Shown here piece by piece: positions 27,169 to 36,140 of a stretch of DNA of 40,140 nt. The notes under the pieces were generated by a model, which was not told the DNA's origin, ran no database searches, and saw only the letters and a program-made list of their open reading frames with translations. Source of the stretch: Acidimicrobiia bacterium (lineage in GTDB: Bacteria > Actinomycetota > Acidimicrobiia > Spongiisociales > UBA4744). Where the stretch lies: NCBI GenBank assembly GCA_035282865.1, contig DATEVB010000238.1, positions 1 to 40,140 on the forward strand. The letters are read 5' to 3'. The translations under genes were made by a program, and so were the position numbers. Positions within the stretch are counted from its first letter, which is position 1. Each line of letters opens with the position of its first letter.

Positions 27169-27236
27169 ATGGCCCGGAATACACGGTTGGGTAATCCGGT
27201 TGGACGTCACATCGATGGTGAACAAGAGAGGCTCGC

Positions 27237-29537
27237 ATGGCCGACACGAGAGAAATGACCCTCCCGGTACTCCCCCTCCGCAACGGGGTGGTGTTCCCCC
27301 ATATGGTGGTCACATTGCGTATCGAGACCGAGGAGGGCATCACGGCCGTGGCCGCCGCCGAGCAGTCCGATGGGTTGATGCTGCTCGTACCCAAGGTGAA
27401 CGGGAACTACTCCAGCGTCGGGACGGTTGCCCAGATCCAGGATGCCGAGGGCGGCAACCTCGTCGTTGAAGGTCTGGCCCGGGCCCGGGTCGGCGCCGGA
27501 CGAACCGACGACCAGGGAGCCCTTTGGGTAGACGCCGAGCGGTACCCCGAAGCCGACGTGCACGATGAAGCGCTCGACGACCTGGTCGGCGAATACCGGG
27601 CAGTGGTGGGCGAGGTGCTGAACCAACGTGGCATGGGCGGGGTGGCCGAGCGTGTCGTGGGTATCGAGAATCCCAGCCAGCTGGCCGACCTGGCCGTCTA
27701 CTCCCCCGACCTCTCTCTCGAGCAGAAAGTCGAGTTGCTCGAGACGCTCGACATTCGCGAGCGGCTCGGCAAACTGATGTCGTGGATGGGCGAGGTGCTG
27801 GCCGACCTCGCCCTGCGCAAGAAGGTGCGCGACAGCGCCACCGAGCGGATCGACAAATCCCAGCGTGACTACCTGCTCCGCCAGCAACTCGAAGCGATCA
27901 AGAAAGAACTCGGGGAAGATGGCGATGCCACTTCCGATTACCGGCAGAAGCTCGAAGCAGCCGAGCTCCCTGAGAAAGCCCGCCAGGCGGTAGAACGGGA
28001 GATCGACCGGTTGGAGCGCATGTCGGAACAGTCGCCCGAGCATTCCTGGATCCGTACCTGGCTCGACACGATGTTCGATGTCCCCTGGGGCAAAGGTTCC
28101 GAAGATCGCCTGAACCTCGACGAGGCATGGGCGGTGCTCGACGCCGACCACACCGGCCTCCAAGACGTCAAAGAACGCATCGTCGAGCATCTGGCGGTCC
28201 GCAAGCTTCGCAAGGACCGCGGACTGGAGAAGGCCGGGAACCTCCGGGAGGGTGCCATTTTGCTTCTCGTCGGACCTCCCGGTGTCGGCAAGACGTCGTT
28301 GGGGGAGTCGGTCGCTCGAGCCCTGGGCCGCAAGTTCGTGCGGGTGGCCCTGGGTGGCATCCGCGACGAGGCCGAGATCCGCGGCCACCGACGCACGTAC
28401 GTCGGGGCGCGGCCGGGCCGGATCGTCCGGGCTCTGGTGGAGGCGGGGACCATGAACCCTGTGTTCCTGCTGGACGAGATGGACAAGGTTGGATCGGACT
28501 GGCGCGGCGACCCGTCGTCGGCTCTCCTCGAAGTCCTGGACCCGGCCCAGAACCACACCTTCCGGGACCATTATCTCGAGTTGGATCTCGATCTCTCGGA
28601 TGTGCTGTTCATCGGTACCGCCAATCTGCTGGAGACGATCCCGGCCCCGCTGCTGGACCGTACCGAGGTGATCCGTCTCGACGGGTACACCGATCTCGAG
28701 AAGGTTGCCATCGCCCGCGACCATCTCCTCCCCCGTCAGATCCGCGGAGCCGGACTGGAGCCCGAAGAGATTGTGGTCACTGAGGCGGCTCTCACAGCCG
28801 TCGTGGACCGATACACGAGGGAAGCGGGGGTCCGCTCCCTCGAGCGCGAGCTCGGCAAGCTGGCCCGGAAAGTGGCCACCAGGATCGCCCGTGGCGACGG
28901 CAACCCAGACGTGGTCGAAGTCGACGAATCCGACGTCAAGGACTACCTGGGCAAGCCCAAGGTCTGGCGCGACGAGGCCAAGGACCGCACCGCGGTACCC
29001 GGGGTGGCAACCGGTCTGGCCGTCACCGGCGCCGGTGGCGACGTGTTGTTCGTCGAAGCGACCTCCATGGATGGTGAACCTGGATTGACGCTGACGGGAC
29101 AGCTCGGCGACGTTATGAAGGAGTCGGCGCGTATCGCCCTCTCCTACATCGAGTCGCATGCCGACCAGTTGAAGATCGACCCTGCCGACCTGAGGAAGCG
29201 GTTCCATGTTCACGTGCCGGCCGGGGCCGTCCCCAAGGACGGGCCTTCGGCCGGGATCACGATGACCACCGCCCTGGCATCGCTCCTGTCGGGCCGGAAG
29301 GTGAAGGACAACCTCGGCATGACTGGTGAGATCACCCTGCAGGGCAAGGTGTTACCAATCGGTGGGGTGAAGCAGAAGGTTTTGGCGGCGCATAGGGCCG
29401 GTCTCACCGAGGTGATCCTCCCCACCCGCAATGAGGTCGACCTCGATGACGTCCCGGCGAGTTGCCGGGAAGAGATCACCTTCCACATCGTCGACAACAT
29501 CGGCGAGGTGCTCGACAAGGCCCTTGAAACGGCCTGA
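27237..29537 (+). CDS. lon: ATP-dependent Lon protease (endopeptidase La)
   Basis: The LON N-domain starts LPVLPLRNGVVFP. Walker A is GPPGVGKTS. The catalytic PKDGPSAG and KVLAAHRAG motifs are present. Confidence 0.95.
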   Translation: MADTREMTLPVLPLRNGVVFPHMVVTLRIETEEGITAVAAAEQSDGLMLLVPKVNGNYSSVGTVAQIQDAEGGNLVVEGLARARVGAGRTDDQGALWVDAERYPEADVHDEALDDLVGEYRAVVGEVLNQRGMGGVAERVVGIENPSQLADLAVYSPDLSLEQKVELLETLDIRERLGKLMSWMGEVLADLALRKKVRDSATERIDKSQRDYLLRQQLEAIKKELGEDGDATSDYRQKLEAAELPEKARQAVEREIDRLERMSEQSPEHSWIRTWLDTMFDVPWGKGSEDRLNLDEAWAVLDADHTGLQDVKERIVEHLAVRKLRKDRGLEKAGNLREGAILLLVGPPGVGKTSLGESVARALGRKFVRVALGGIRDEAEIRGHRRTYVGARPGRIVRALVEAGTMNPVFLLDEMDKVGSDWRGDPSSALLEVLDPAQNHTFRDHYLELDLDLSDVLFIGTANLLETIPAPLLDRTEVIRLDGYTDLEKVAIARDHLLPRQIRGAGLEPEEIVVTEAALTAVVDRYTREAGVRSLERELGKLARKVATRIARGDGNPDVVEVDESDVKDYLGKPKVWRDEAKDRTAVPGVATGLAVTGAGGDVLFVEATSMDGEPGLTLTGQLGDVMKESARIALSYIESHADQLKIDPADLRKRFHVHVPAGAVPKDGPSAGITMTTALASLLSGRKVKDNLGMTGEITLQGKVLPIGGVKQKVLAAHRAGLTEVILPTRNEVDLDDVPASCREEITFHIVDNIGEVLDKALETA

Positions 29538-29607
29538 TCTTTCACTGTCTTGGCGTCGCCCCGTCGCGCTCACCGCTTGAAGGCACCCCGATATGGTGAG
29601 CACGTTG

Positions 29608-29670
29608 GGCGCCGCAACCTCGCACTAGTCCCATCGGTGGCGCCAAGGACCCTCCTTGAGCTTTGGCGCC
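29608..29670. repeat. three GGCGCC-core sites (TTGGGCGCC / TGGCGCCA / TTGGCGCC)
   Basis: Read directly from the sequence at 29608-29613, 29639-29644 and 29665-29670, just upstream of the small ORF at 29708. Function is unknown. Confidence 0.4.
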
Positions 29671-29707
29671 GATTGACGACAACGATGTTGTGGCGATGGG
29701 AGGCCAT

Positions 29708-29977
29708 ATGTTCAAAAGCAGCAACCGGGACCCTCGATCGGCAAAACACTCGCACCAGTTCAGTGTCCACAACGTTGGGGCCGACCTCCAGCGCCAGGTG
29801 TGCGGCAGCTGTGGCCGAGTCAGCATCAAGCCGCTTCCTCCCCCCGACCTACGGGCCGAGATGCTCGTGGCCCCTAACGGCCTGTTCAACAAATCCCACG
29901 TGACGGTACGGCTCGAAGCGGCCATCGAACGGGTGCCCACCGGGCCACGCTTCGGCGAACGGAGGACCCGGCGATGA
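29708..29977 (+). CDS. hypothetical small protein (89 aa, one CxxC)
   Basis: ATG lies 5 nt after GGAGG. Its stop overlaps the next ORF start (ATGA). I recognised no family. Confidence 0.4.
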   Translation: MFKSSNRDPRSAKHSHQFSVHNVGADLQRQVCGSCGRVSIKPLPPPDLRAEMLVAPNGLFNKSHVTVRLEAAIERVPTGPRFGERRTRR

Positions 29978-30165
29978 CTGATCTACTCTGTCAACGTTGC
30001 GACACTCCGGCGCTGGTGATCTACGCACGAGAGCCTTTGTGTGGTCCGTGCGCCCTCGAAGCGCTCGACGAACGCCACCACTATCTCGTTGTTCAGGTCG
30101 ATGACCGCGTCCGGCCGACAGAAGACGGCGCCGACACCGACACCACGACTTCCAACCCGGCTTGA
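29974..30165 (+). CDS. hypothetical small zinc-ribbon protein (63 aa)
   Basis: A GGAGGA SD lies 8 nt upstream. CQRC-N15-CGPC forms a four-Cys ribbon. It is translationally coupled to the preceding ORF. Confidence 0.45.
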   Translation: MTDLLCQRCDTPALVIYAREPLCGPCALEALDERHHYLVVQVDDRVRPTEDGADTDTTTSNPA

Positions 30166-30174
30166 ACCACCCTC

Positions 30175-30396
30175 ATGTTCTTCCCCACCGCATCCCGTGC
30201 CCTCGAGCAATCCGGGTCAGCACCTCGATGGACGGAAACGGAATCGGACGCCCGACCCGCAGAACAGCCCTCCGACCACCCGCGGACCATCGAACCCCCC
30301 GACCGCGCTCAACCCGTCACCGACGAACTCCTTGCTGAGATGAGCAAGGCGCTTGCCAAGCGTCTGAACGGATTGGTCGACGCCCTTCGCCGGTGA
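30175..30396 (+). CDS. hypothetical small protein (73 aa)
   Basis: This is an ORF with moderate GC3 and no clear SD. It has a C-terminal amphipathic helix DELLAEMSKALAKRLNGLVDALRR. Confidence 0.3.
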   Translation: MFFPTASRALEQSGSAPRWTETESDARPAEQPSDHPRTIEPPDRAQPVTDELLAEMSKALAKRLNGLVDALRR

Positions 30397-30471
30397 GAAC
30401 CGGAGGCTTGGAACAGCTTCACCGCTCACCGGACGCGCGAGAATCCCTGGGGTATTACTCGAGAGGTCTGC

Positions 30472-32550
30472 ATGACGGAACAATATCCCGGGTGCCCCGA
30501 CCCGCTTGGTGCTCTCCTCGAGCCCGACGGAGTCAACTTCAGCGTCTATTCACGCAGCGCCGACCGTTTGGAACTGTTGCTATACGATGACGTCGACGCC
30601 GACCAGCCGGCCCGGGTGATCAGGCTCGACCCCCGCCGTCACCGGACGTATCACTACTGGCACGCCTTCGTCCCCGATCTGGGCCCGGGCCAGCTCTACG
30701 CCTATCGGGCGTACGGCCCGACCGATCCAACCCGAGGTCTCCGCTTCGATCCGACCAAAGTGCTGCTCGACCCCTATGGGCGCGCCATCGCCACGCCCTC
30801 CGACTATCGCCGGAGCGCCGCCTGCCGCCCGGGACCCAACGACCGGCACGCCTTCAAGAGCGTGGTTGCCGACGTCTCGTCTTACGACTGGGAAGGCGAC
30901 ACCCACCTCCGCCGTCCATTCGCAGAGACGGTCATCTATGAGATGCACGTCGGTGGATTCACCAGGCATCCCAGTTCGGGTGTCGATCCCGAGAAACGAG
31001 GGACCTATGTCGGGCTGATCGACAAGATCCCCTACCTGCAAGACCTCGGCATCACTGCGGTGGAGTTGCTGCCCGTTTTCCAGTTCGACTGGCAGGACGC
31101 TCCCGCCGGGCTGACCAATTACTGGGGCTACTCCCCCCTTTCGTTCTTCGCTCCGCACTGCGGCTACAGCTCATGTCGCGATCCCCTGGCCCCGCTCCAT
31201 GAGTTCCGCGACATGGTCAAGGCGCTCCATCGGGCCGGTATCGAGGTGATCCTCGACGTCGTCTACAACCACACCGCCGAGGGCGGTGAAGACGGTCCGA
31301 CCATGAGCTTTCGAGGGCTCGAGGACTCCGTCTACTACATCATGGAGGACGGCGGCCGCAGTTACGCCAACTTCGCCGGAACCGGCAACACCCTCAACGC
31401 CAATCAGTCGATCGTTCGCCGTTTGATCCTCGACAGCCTCCACTACTGGGTCAAGGAGATGCACGTAGACGGGTTCAGGTTCGATCTGGCCTCGATTCTG
31501 TCTCGCGACGAGGAGGGCCGACCGATTCCCAATCCGCCCGTACTCTGGGATATCGAGTCGGATCCGACCCTGGCCGGCACCAAACTCATCGCTGAGGCCT
31601 GGGACGCAGCCGGCCTCTACCAGGTGGGCCATTTCATCGGTGACAGCTGGAAAGAGTGGAACGGTCAATTCCGGGACGACGTCCGGGCCTTCGTGCGCGG
31701 AGATGAGCAGATGGTGCCACGCCTCGCCGACCGGCTGCTGGGTAGTCCGGATCTATACGCCGACGATGGCCGCGAGGCCGAGCAGAGCATCAACTTCGTT
31801 ACCAGCCACGATGGTTTCACCCTCCAGGACCTCGTGTCCTACAACACCAAGCACAATGAGGCCAACGGCGAACACAACCGCGACGGCTCCGATTTCAACC
31901 ACTCCCACAACTACGGCGTGGAGGGACCCACCGACGACCCGTCCATCGAGACTGTCCGCAAGCGGCAGATCAAGAACCTCCTCGCCATCGATCTCCTGTC
32001 ACTGGGCGCTCCGATGATCCTCATGGGCGACGAGGTGCGGCGCACCCAGCAGGGGAACAACAACGCCTATTGTCAGGACAATGACATCAGCTGGTTCGAC
32101 TGGTCGAACCTGGAGACCCACCGGGACATCTACCGGTTCGTGAAGGAATTGATACGGCTGCGCTTCATCCGCGCGTCGGTTGCCCGGGAGGCGCACCACC
32201 TCTCGCTGGAGGAGCTCACCCGGCGGGCGGGCATCAAATTGCACGGAGTCAGCTTGGGCAGCCCCGACTTCCGGGACGACTCCCACAGCCTGGCAATCTC
32301 GGCATCCAGCCTCTCCGGCGACTTGTTGATGCACTTCGCGCTGAGCGCCTACCAGGACCCCCTGGACTTCGAGTTGCCGGAGCTTCCCGAATGGGCAACA
32401 AGCGGATGGCGCCGGATCGTCGATACGTCGCTGGAATCCCCCGACGACATCACCCTACCGCCGGACGCACCACGGGTCGACGGCCCGAGCTACCGTGTCC
32501 GGGGTCGATCGGTAGTCGTTCTCTTCGCCGCCGCCACACCATCGGTCTGA
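30472..32550 (+). CDS. glgX: glycogen debranching enzyme GlgX (GH13)
   Basis: The N-terminus is PLGA...GVNFSVYS. The GH13 motifs [19 protein letters not shown] and FVTSHD are present. Confidence 0.9.
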   Translation: MTEQYPGCPDPLGALLEPDGVNFSVYSRSADRLELLLYDDVDADQPARVIRLDPRRHRTYHYWHAFVPDLGPGQLYAYRAYGPTDPTRGLRFDPTKVLLDPYGRAIATPSDYRRSAACRPGPNDRHAFKSVVADVSSYDWEGDTHLRRPFAETVIYEMHVGGFTRHPSSGVDPEKRGTYVGLIDKIPYLQDLGITAVELLPVFQFDWQDAPAGLTNYWGYSPLSFFAPHCGYSSCRDPLAPLHEFRDMVKALHRAGIEVILDVVYNHTAEGGEDGPTMSFRGLEDSVYYIMEDGGRSYANFAGTGNTLNANQSIVRRLILDSLHYWVKEMHVDGFRFDLASILSRDEEGRPIPNPPVLWDIESDPTLAGTKLIAEAWDAAGLYQVGHFIGDSWKEWNGQFRDDVRAFVRGDEQMVPRLADRLLGSPDLYADDGREAEQSINFVTSHDGFTLQDLVSYNTKHNEANGEHNRDGSDFNHSHNYGVEGPTDDPSIETVRKRQIKNLLAIDLLSLGAPMILMGDEVRRTQQGNNNAYCQDNDISWFDWSNLETHRDIYRFVKELIRLRFIRASVAREAHHLSLEELTRRAGIKLHGVSLGSPDFRDDSHSLAISASSLSGDLLMHFALSAYQDPLDFELPELPEWATSGWRRIVDTSLESPDDITLPPDAPRVDGPSYRVRGRSVVVLFAAATPSV

Positions 32551-32551
32551 G

Positions 32552-32579
32552 GGACGGGCCGGAGTCCCGGCTTCCGTCC
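32552..32579. terminator. GC-rich hairpin between convergent glgX and the MFS gene
   Basis: GGACGGGCCGG-AGTC-CCGGC(TT)CCGTCC forms an 11-bp stem with a 2-nt bulge. There is no U tract on either strand. Confidence 0.4.
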
Positions 32580-32582
32580 GGT

Positions 32583-33764
32583 CTATTCGCCCGGTTTTGC
32601 CTCACGCACCCAACCGATCAGCAGGGCCAGGGCCACAAGGTTGGCGGCCGCGGCCACCAACGTGTTGGCGGTCAGCCCGGACCGCTCGTAGAGGAAAGGC
32701 CCCACCGACGCCCCGACCGCCCGCCCGAGCCCCATCCCAACCGCGAGCAGCGCCAGGAAGCGGGTGCGGGCCGCCGGCCGAAACTCGGAGGCAAGAGGAA
32801 AGGTCGAGACGATCGTGAATTCAAAACCGGCCAGCGCCAGGGCCATACTCGCCAGGCCGATCACGAGGTTGGCATTCGTGGCGGCTAGGAGCAGGTAGGC
32901 AACGGCCGAGATGACGAGGCCGATCGCCACCGATCGTCGCTTGCCGATCCGATCGGTCCATATCAGCGTTGAGCCCTCGCCTACCAGTTCGGACACGGCA
33001 ACGAGCACCCCGGCCGCCCCCAGCGCCAGGAGCGACAACCCGAACCCATCTTCCAACCAGGCGCCGAACACAACGAACATGACCTCGGAAGCGCCCGAAT
33101 AGAGCCCGACGCCGACCAGGAGAGCTACGGCACTGCGGTCCAAGGCCAGTTTGGGGCGGGCCGCGTCGGTGGACCGGCGGTCCGACTCGATGACCCACCG
33201 CATAGCCACGAGCGAAAGAACACTGAGCGTAGCGATCCCCCAGAAGGGAGCGGTCCATCCGAATCGTGCGATGAGCCACCCGGCCGCGGGCGCCCCGACC
33301 AGCAATGAACTCGCCCAGGTCAGCTCAATGACCCCCAGGTAACGAGCGCGCATCCGGTACGGGGTTCGATCGGAGAGATAGGCCTGGGCGGCCACGTCAA
33401 ACACCGGTTTCCCGAGGCCCAGGAAGATGAACCCGATGAGAGCCCCGGCGAACACACCGGTGGCGGCCGTTACGGCCGCCCCGGTGGCGAACATCGTCAA
33501 ACCGGCGGCAATCAGGCGGTGCCGGCGTTCACTACGTCCGAGAAACCGGACGGCCGCCGGAGTGGCCAACCCGGTGACCCATCTGGCCGAGACCAGCAAA
33601 CCGGCCTGGGTGAATGGGATTCCGAGACCTCTGGCGATGACCGGTAGGAAGGGATAGACGAATCGATATCCGGTATTCAGGACCAGCCGTGCTCCGGCGA
33701 GGAAAACGAGCGCACCGGTCAGCGGTGCCTGGGTCTTGTCTGGTGTCGGCGCTTGATGGTCCAT
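32583..33764 (-). CDS. MFS transporter
   Basis: There are about 12 hydrophobic helices. An MFS loop motif-like segment LGRSERRHRLIAAG is present. The start was refined to ATG 33764, behind GAGGA. Confidence 0.85.
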   Translation of the reverse strand: MDHQAPTPDKTQAPLTGALVFLAGARLVLNTGYRFVYPFLPVIARGLGIPFTQAGLLVSARWVTGLATPAAVRFLGRSERRHRLIAAGLTMFATGAAVTAATGVFAGALIGFIFLGLGKPVFDVAAQAYLSDRTPYRMRARYLGVIELTWASSLLVGAPAAGWLIARFGWTAPFWGIATLSVLSLVAMRWVIESDRRSTDAARPKLALDRSAVALLVGVGLYSGASEVMFVVFGAWLEDGFGLSLLALGAAGVLVAVSELVGEGSTLIWTDRIGKRRSVAIGLVISAVAYLLLAATNANLVIGLASMALALAGFEFTIVSTFPLASEFRPAARTRFLALLAVGMGLGRAVGASVGPFLYERSGLTANTLVAAAANLVALALLIGWVREAKPGE

Positions 33765-33952
33765 CACGTGTCCTCAACGGTGCAGTCTGGCAGCCGGGTG
33801 GTAGGGGGGTGGATGGGAACCTTCCGCGGCCCGGCGCCCCAGAGGCTCACCCCTCGTGAATATGTGAAGAAGACGGACTGGACCACCATAGGGGCGGACC
33901 TCCACAACCGGTGCGGAGGGGCGTAGGATCAACCTCCGAGAGGAGGCTATTC

Positions 33953-34522
33953 ATGCAGTCGCATAAGACAGGCCCGTGGGCCGGAAGGCTCGCTCTGGTC
34001 CTCGGTGTCGTTGCCTCCGTCTTGATCCTTCCGGCTACGGCCATGGCGGGGATCGAAGGCGGTTGCACCGGATCCGTTGTCATCGACGGCACCACCTACG
34101 GGCCCAACAACGACACGGTTGACAACCCGATTGTGGTGCCGATCGAACAGGATGGAGTGGTCGCTCTCTGGGAGGGCGAGGTTCCTTTCGACAACAGGAA
34201 CAACCAGGGAGAACTCGGCATCGTCGTCGGGCCTTTCACCATCCGAATCGCGGATTGGGGCGGCGCCAATACGGAGAACGACGCCGGCAACTCGGGTTCG
34301 TACAGCATCGAGGAATTCAAAGATCTGTTCCCCGTTCCAGAGTCACTCATCCCGAGAGGTGTGTACCAGCTGAGTGGTGAACACACGGCCGACGGCGGCA
34401 GGTGCACCGGCACCGTCATGGTGAAGCTGGAGGGGTCCGGGACCATCGGCATCGCAACCGCAGTCGGAGCGGGGGTCACGTTCCTCACTTTGCTCGGCGC
34501 GGGATTGAGGAGGAAGTCATGA
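33953..34522 (+). CDS. secreted, C-terminally membrane-anchored hypothetical protein
   Basis: ATG follows GAGAGGAGG. The signal peptide is ...LILPATAMA. The C-terminal helix plus basic tail reads IGIATAVGAGVTFLTLLGAGLRRKS. Confidence 0.6.
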   Translation: MQSHKTGPWAGRLALVLGVVASVLILPATAMAGIEGGCTGSVVIDGTTYGPNNDTVDNPIVVPIEQDGVVALWEGEVPFDNRNNQGELGIVVGPFTIRIADWGGANTENDAGNSGSYSIEEFKDLFPVPESLIPRGVYQLSGEHTADGGRCTGTVMVKLEGSGTIGIATAVGAGVTFLTLLGAGLRRKS

Positions 34523-34701
34523 GGGGTCGTCCGATCCTCGGGTTCATATCCGGCTTGCTGTTTGGCCTCTTCCTGGCTTTCACGCTCCAGCAGTTCGGCA
34601 TCATGCCCCTCTCCACGTTGAGTGTGATCGGGTTTCCCATCATCGGGATCGTGGTTGGCCTCGGCTTGGCGGCCTGGGCGCCGTTCGGGAACAAGACCTG
34701 A
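34519..34701 (+). CDS. small two-helix membrane protein (60 aa)
   Basis: Its ATG overlaps the preceding stop (ATGA), with GAGGAGG upstream. It has two hydrophobic helices. Confidence 0.5.
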   Translation: MRGRPILGFISGLLFGLFLAFTLQQFGIMPLSTLSVIGFPIIGIVVGLGLAAWAPFGNKT

Positions 34702-34874
34702 CCGGCCGCCTTCGGTAACGGTTCCGGGGCGGATCTCCCACTCAATCTCGTGACGTGATCCCGTTCTTGCGTCACGTCTCCGCCCAGATCTACAACCGGG
34801 TCGAACAGTACGAACAATTGACAGAGGCGTTGAGCGGACCGGCCCCGGGTCGTACCGCGCCCCCCAAAACGCCC

Positions 34875-34960
34875 GGTGGTCGAAAAGAGGCTGGTGTGGT
34901 GCCCGATGAACACAGCCGCCGCTTTCCCACGGCGCACCTTACGACCACTCCGGGTGGTCG
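34875..34960 (+). promoter_or_regulatory. direct repeat GGTGGTCG (x2) flanking CGACCAC: two mutually exclusive helices
   Basis: GGTGGTCG occurs at 34875-34882 and 34953-34960, and CGACCAC at 34942-34948. Read directly from the sequence. Function is unknown. Confidence 0.3.
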
Positions 34961-35177
34961 CAAAGGCACAAAACGCGCGCGAGCAGACGGACTAGTCCCC
35001 CGAGTGAACGGATAATGGGGTGATTGAAGTCGCCCTCATGCTGGCCCGGGTGCATCCGCTTCCCTGCAGGGACCCCGGCCGGGCGACACCCTCTGGTCCG
35101 GCAAGCATGCGCTGGCCGACCTCTTTCGGGTCGGATTGGTGAGCCCGGGCAGCCACGGCCACCGGTACGCTTGATCC

Positions 35178-36140
35178 ATGAGGTCGGGATCGACCCGAGA
35201 GGTGAGCCCGGTGTCCACCCAATACGAGCCCGCCTATCTGGCGGTGCAACGCGGCAGCGGTTTCGACGCCCGAATCAGCCGGGCGATGGCGGAGCTGGCG
35301 AACTGCCGAGCCTGTCCCCGGAACTGTGGTGTCGATCGATCGAGGGCTGATCTACCCCTGTGCCGGATTGGACGGCTCGCCCGGGTGGCGGCCGCTTTCC
35401 CCCATTTCGGAGAGGAGGATTGCCTGCGCGGGACGAGGGGTTCCGGGACGATCTTCTTCTCCTCTTGCAATCTGCGGTGCGTGTTTTGCCAGAATTGGGA
35501 CATCTCTTCTTCCCCAACCGGTCGGGAAGTGGACCCATCGGAACTTGCCGACCTAATGCTCGACCTTCAAGACGCCGGATGCCACAACATCAACCTGGTG
35601 ACACCCGAGCACGTCGCCTCGCATATCGTCGAGGCATTGGCGGTAGCCATCCCGGGAGGATTGCGCATCCCCCTGGTCTACAACACCAGCGCCTATGACG
35701 GGCTCCCCTCGCTCCACTTGATGGATGGTCTGATCGACATCTACATGCCCGACTTCAAGTTCTGGAGGCCGGAAACCGCCCGCCGCCTGGCACGGGCATC
35801 GGACTACCCGGAGGTGGCCCGAACAGCCATCGCCGAGATGCATCGCCAGGTCGGAGATCTGCAACTGGGGCCGAGTGGCGTAGCGCGACGCGGCCTGCTC
35901 GTACGACATTTGGTGATGCCGGGCCAGCTGACCGAAGCGGCCGCCATCTTCCGCTGGCTGGCGAACGAGATCTCACCGGACACTTACCTGAACATCATGG
36001 GCCAATACCGGCCAGACCATCGGGTACCCGGCAACTCTCGCTACGGGGACATCGATCGCCGTGTGCGGCAGGAGGAGGTCGATGCCGCCATGGCGGCTGC
36101 CCGGCGGGCCGGATTGTGGCGACTGGACCGGCGGTCATGA
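35178..36140 (+). CDS. radical SAM protein, PflX-like (COG1313-type activase-like)
   Basis: The N-terminus contains CRACPRNCGVDR...LCRIG. The radical SAM cluster motif is CNLRCVFCQNWD. An alternative start is GTG 35211. Confidence 0.8.
   Translation: MRSGSTREVSPVSTQYEPAYLAVQRGSGFDARISRAMAELANCRACPRNCGVDRSRADLPLCRIGRLARVAAAFPHFGEEDCLRGTRGSGTIFFSSCNLRCVFCQNWDISSSPTGREVDPSELADLMLDLQDAGCHNINLVTPEHVASHIVEALAVAIPGGLRIPLVYNTSAYDGLPSLHLMDGLIDIYMPDFKFWRPETARRLARASDYPEVARTAIAEMHRQVGDLQLGPSGVARRGLLVRHLVMPGQLTEAAAIFRWLANEISPDTYLNIMGQYRPDHRVPGNSRYGDIDRRVRQEEVDAAMAAARRAGLWRLDRRS

Noticed and set aside
27092-27236. CIRCE (TTAGCACTC-N9-GAGTGCTAA) or HAIR (CTTGAGT-N7-ACTCAAG) heat-shock operators upstream of lon. 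The cues were TTAAGTGCTC and CTCTTGATAAGAACCTGAG.
   Set aside because: In each case only one half-site-like string is present, with no inverted partner at the right spacing.
27207-29213. A 668-aa ORF antisense to lon. Similar long shadow ORFs occur at 5126-5947, 6716-7978, 9046-10506, 10272-12050, 12477-13703, 21441-22370, 25790-26545, 36041-37417 and 38232-39056.
   Set aside because: These are typical high-GC antisense or off-frame shadows. Their translations are Arg/Gly/Pro/His-rich without motifs, and each overlaps a gene with strong family signatures on the other strand or frame.
34875-34960. SAM-I riboswitch resemblance upstream of the radical SAM genes. The cues were AAAAGAG after a P1-like stem and an exact GCCCGATGAA 10-mer, as in the T. 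tengcongensis SAM-I element.
   Set aside because: The P2b GGG/CCC helix, the GCAACC/GGUGC P3 signature and P4 are all missing. A single 10-mer match in 40 kb is within chance. I kept it only as an unclassified switch-like repeat.
34755-35015. An 86-aa ORF (GTG start) in the radical-SAM leader. It has a helical-looking N-terminus (IYNRVEQYEQLTEAL) and repeated PGGRK.
   Set aside because: There is no SD, and GC3 drops in the second half. The PGGRK repeat simply reflects the nucleotide direct repeat, and no family was recognised. I left it uncalled, but translation has not been excluded.
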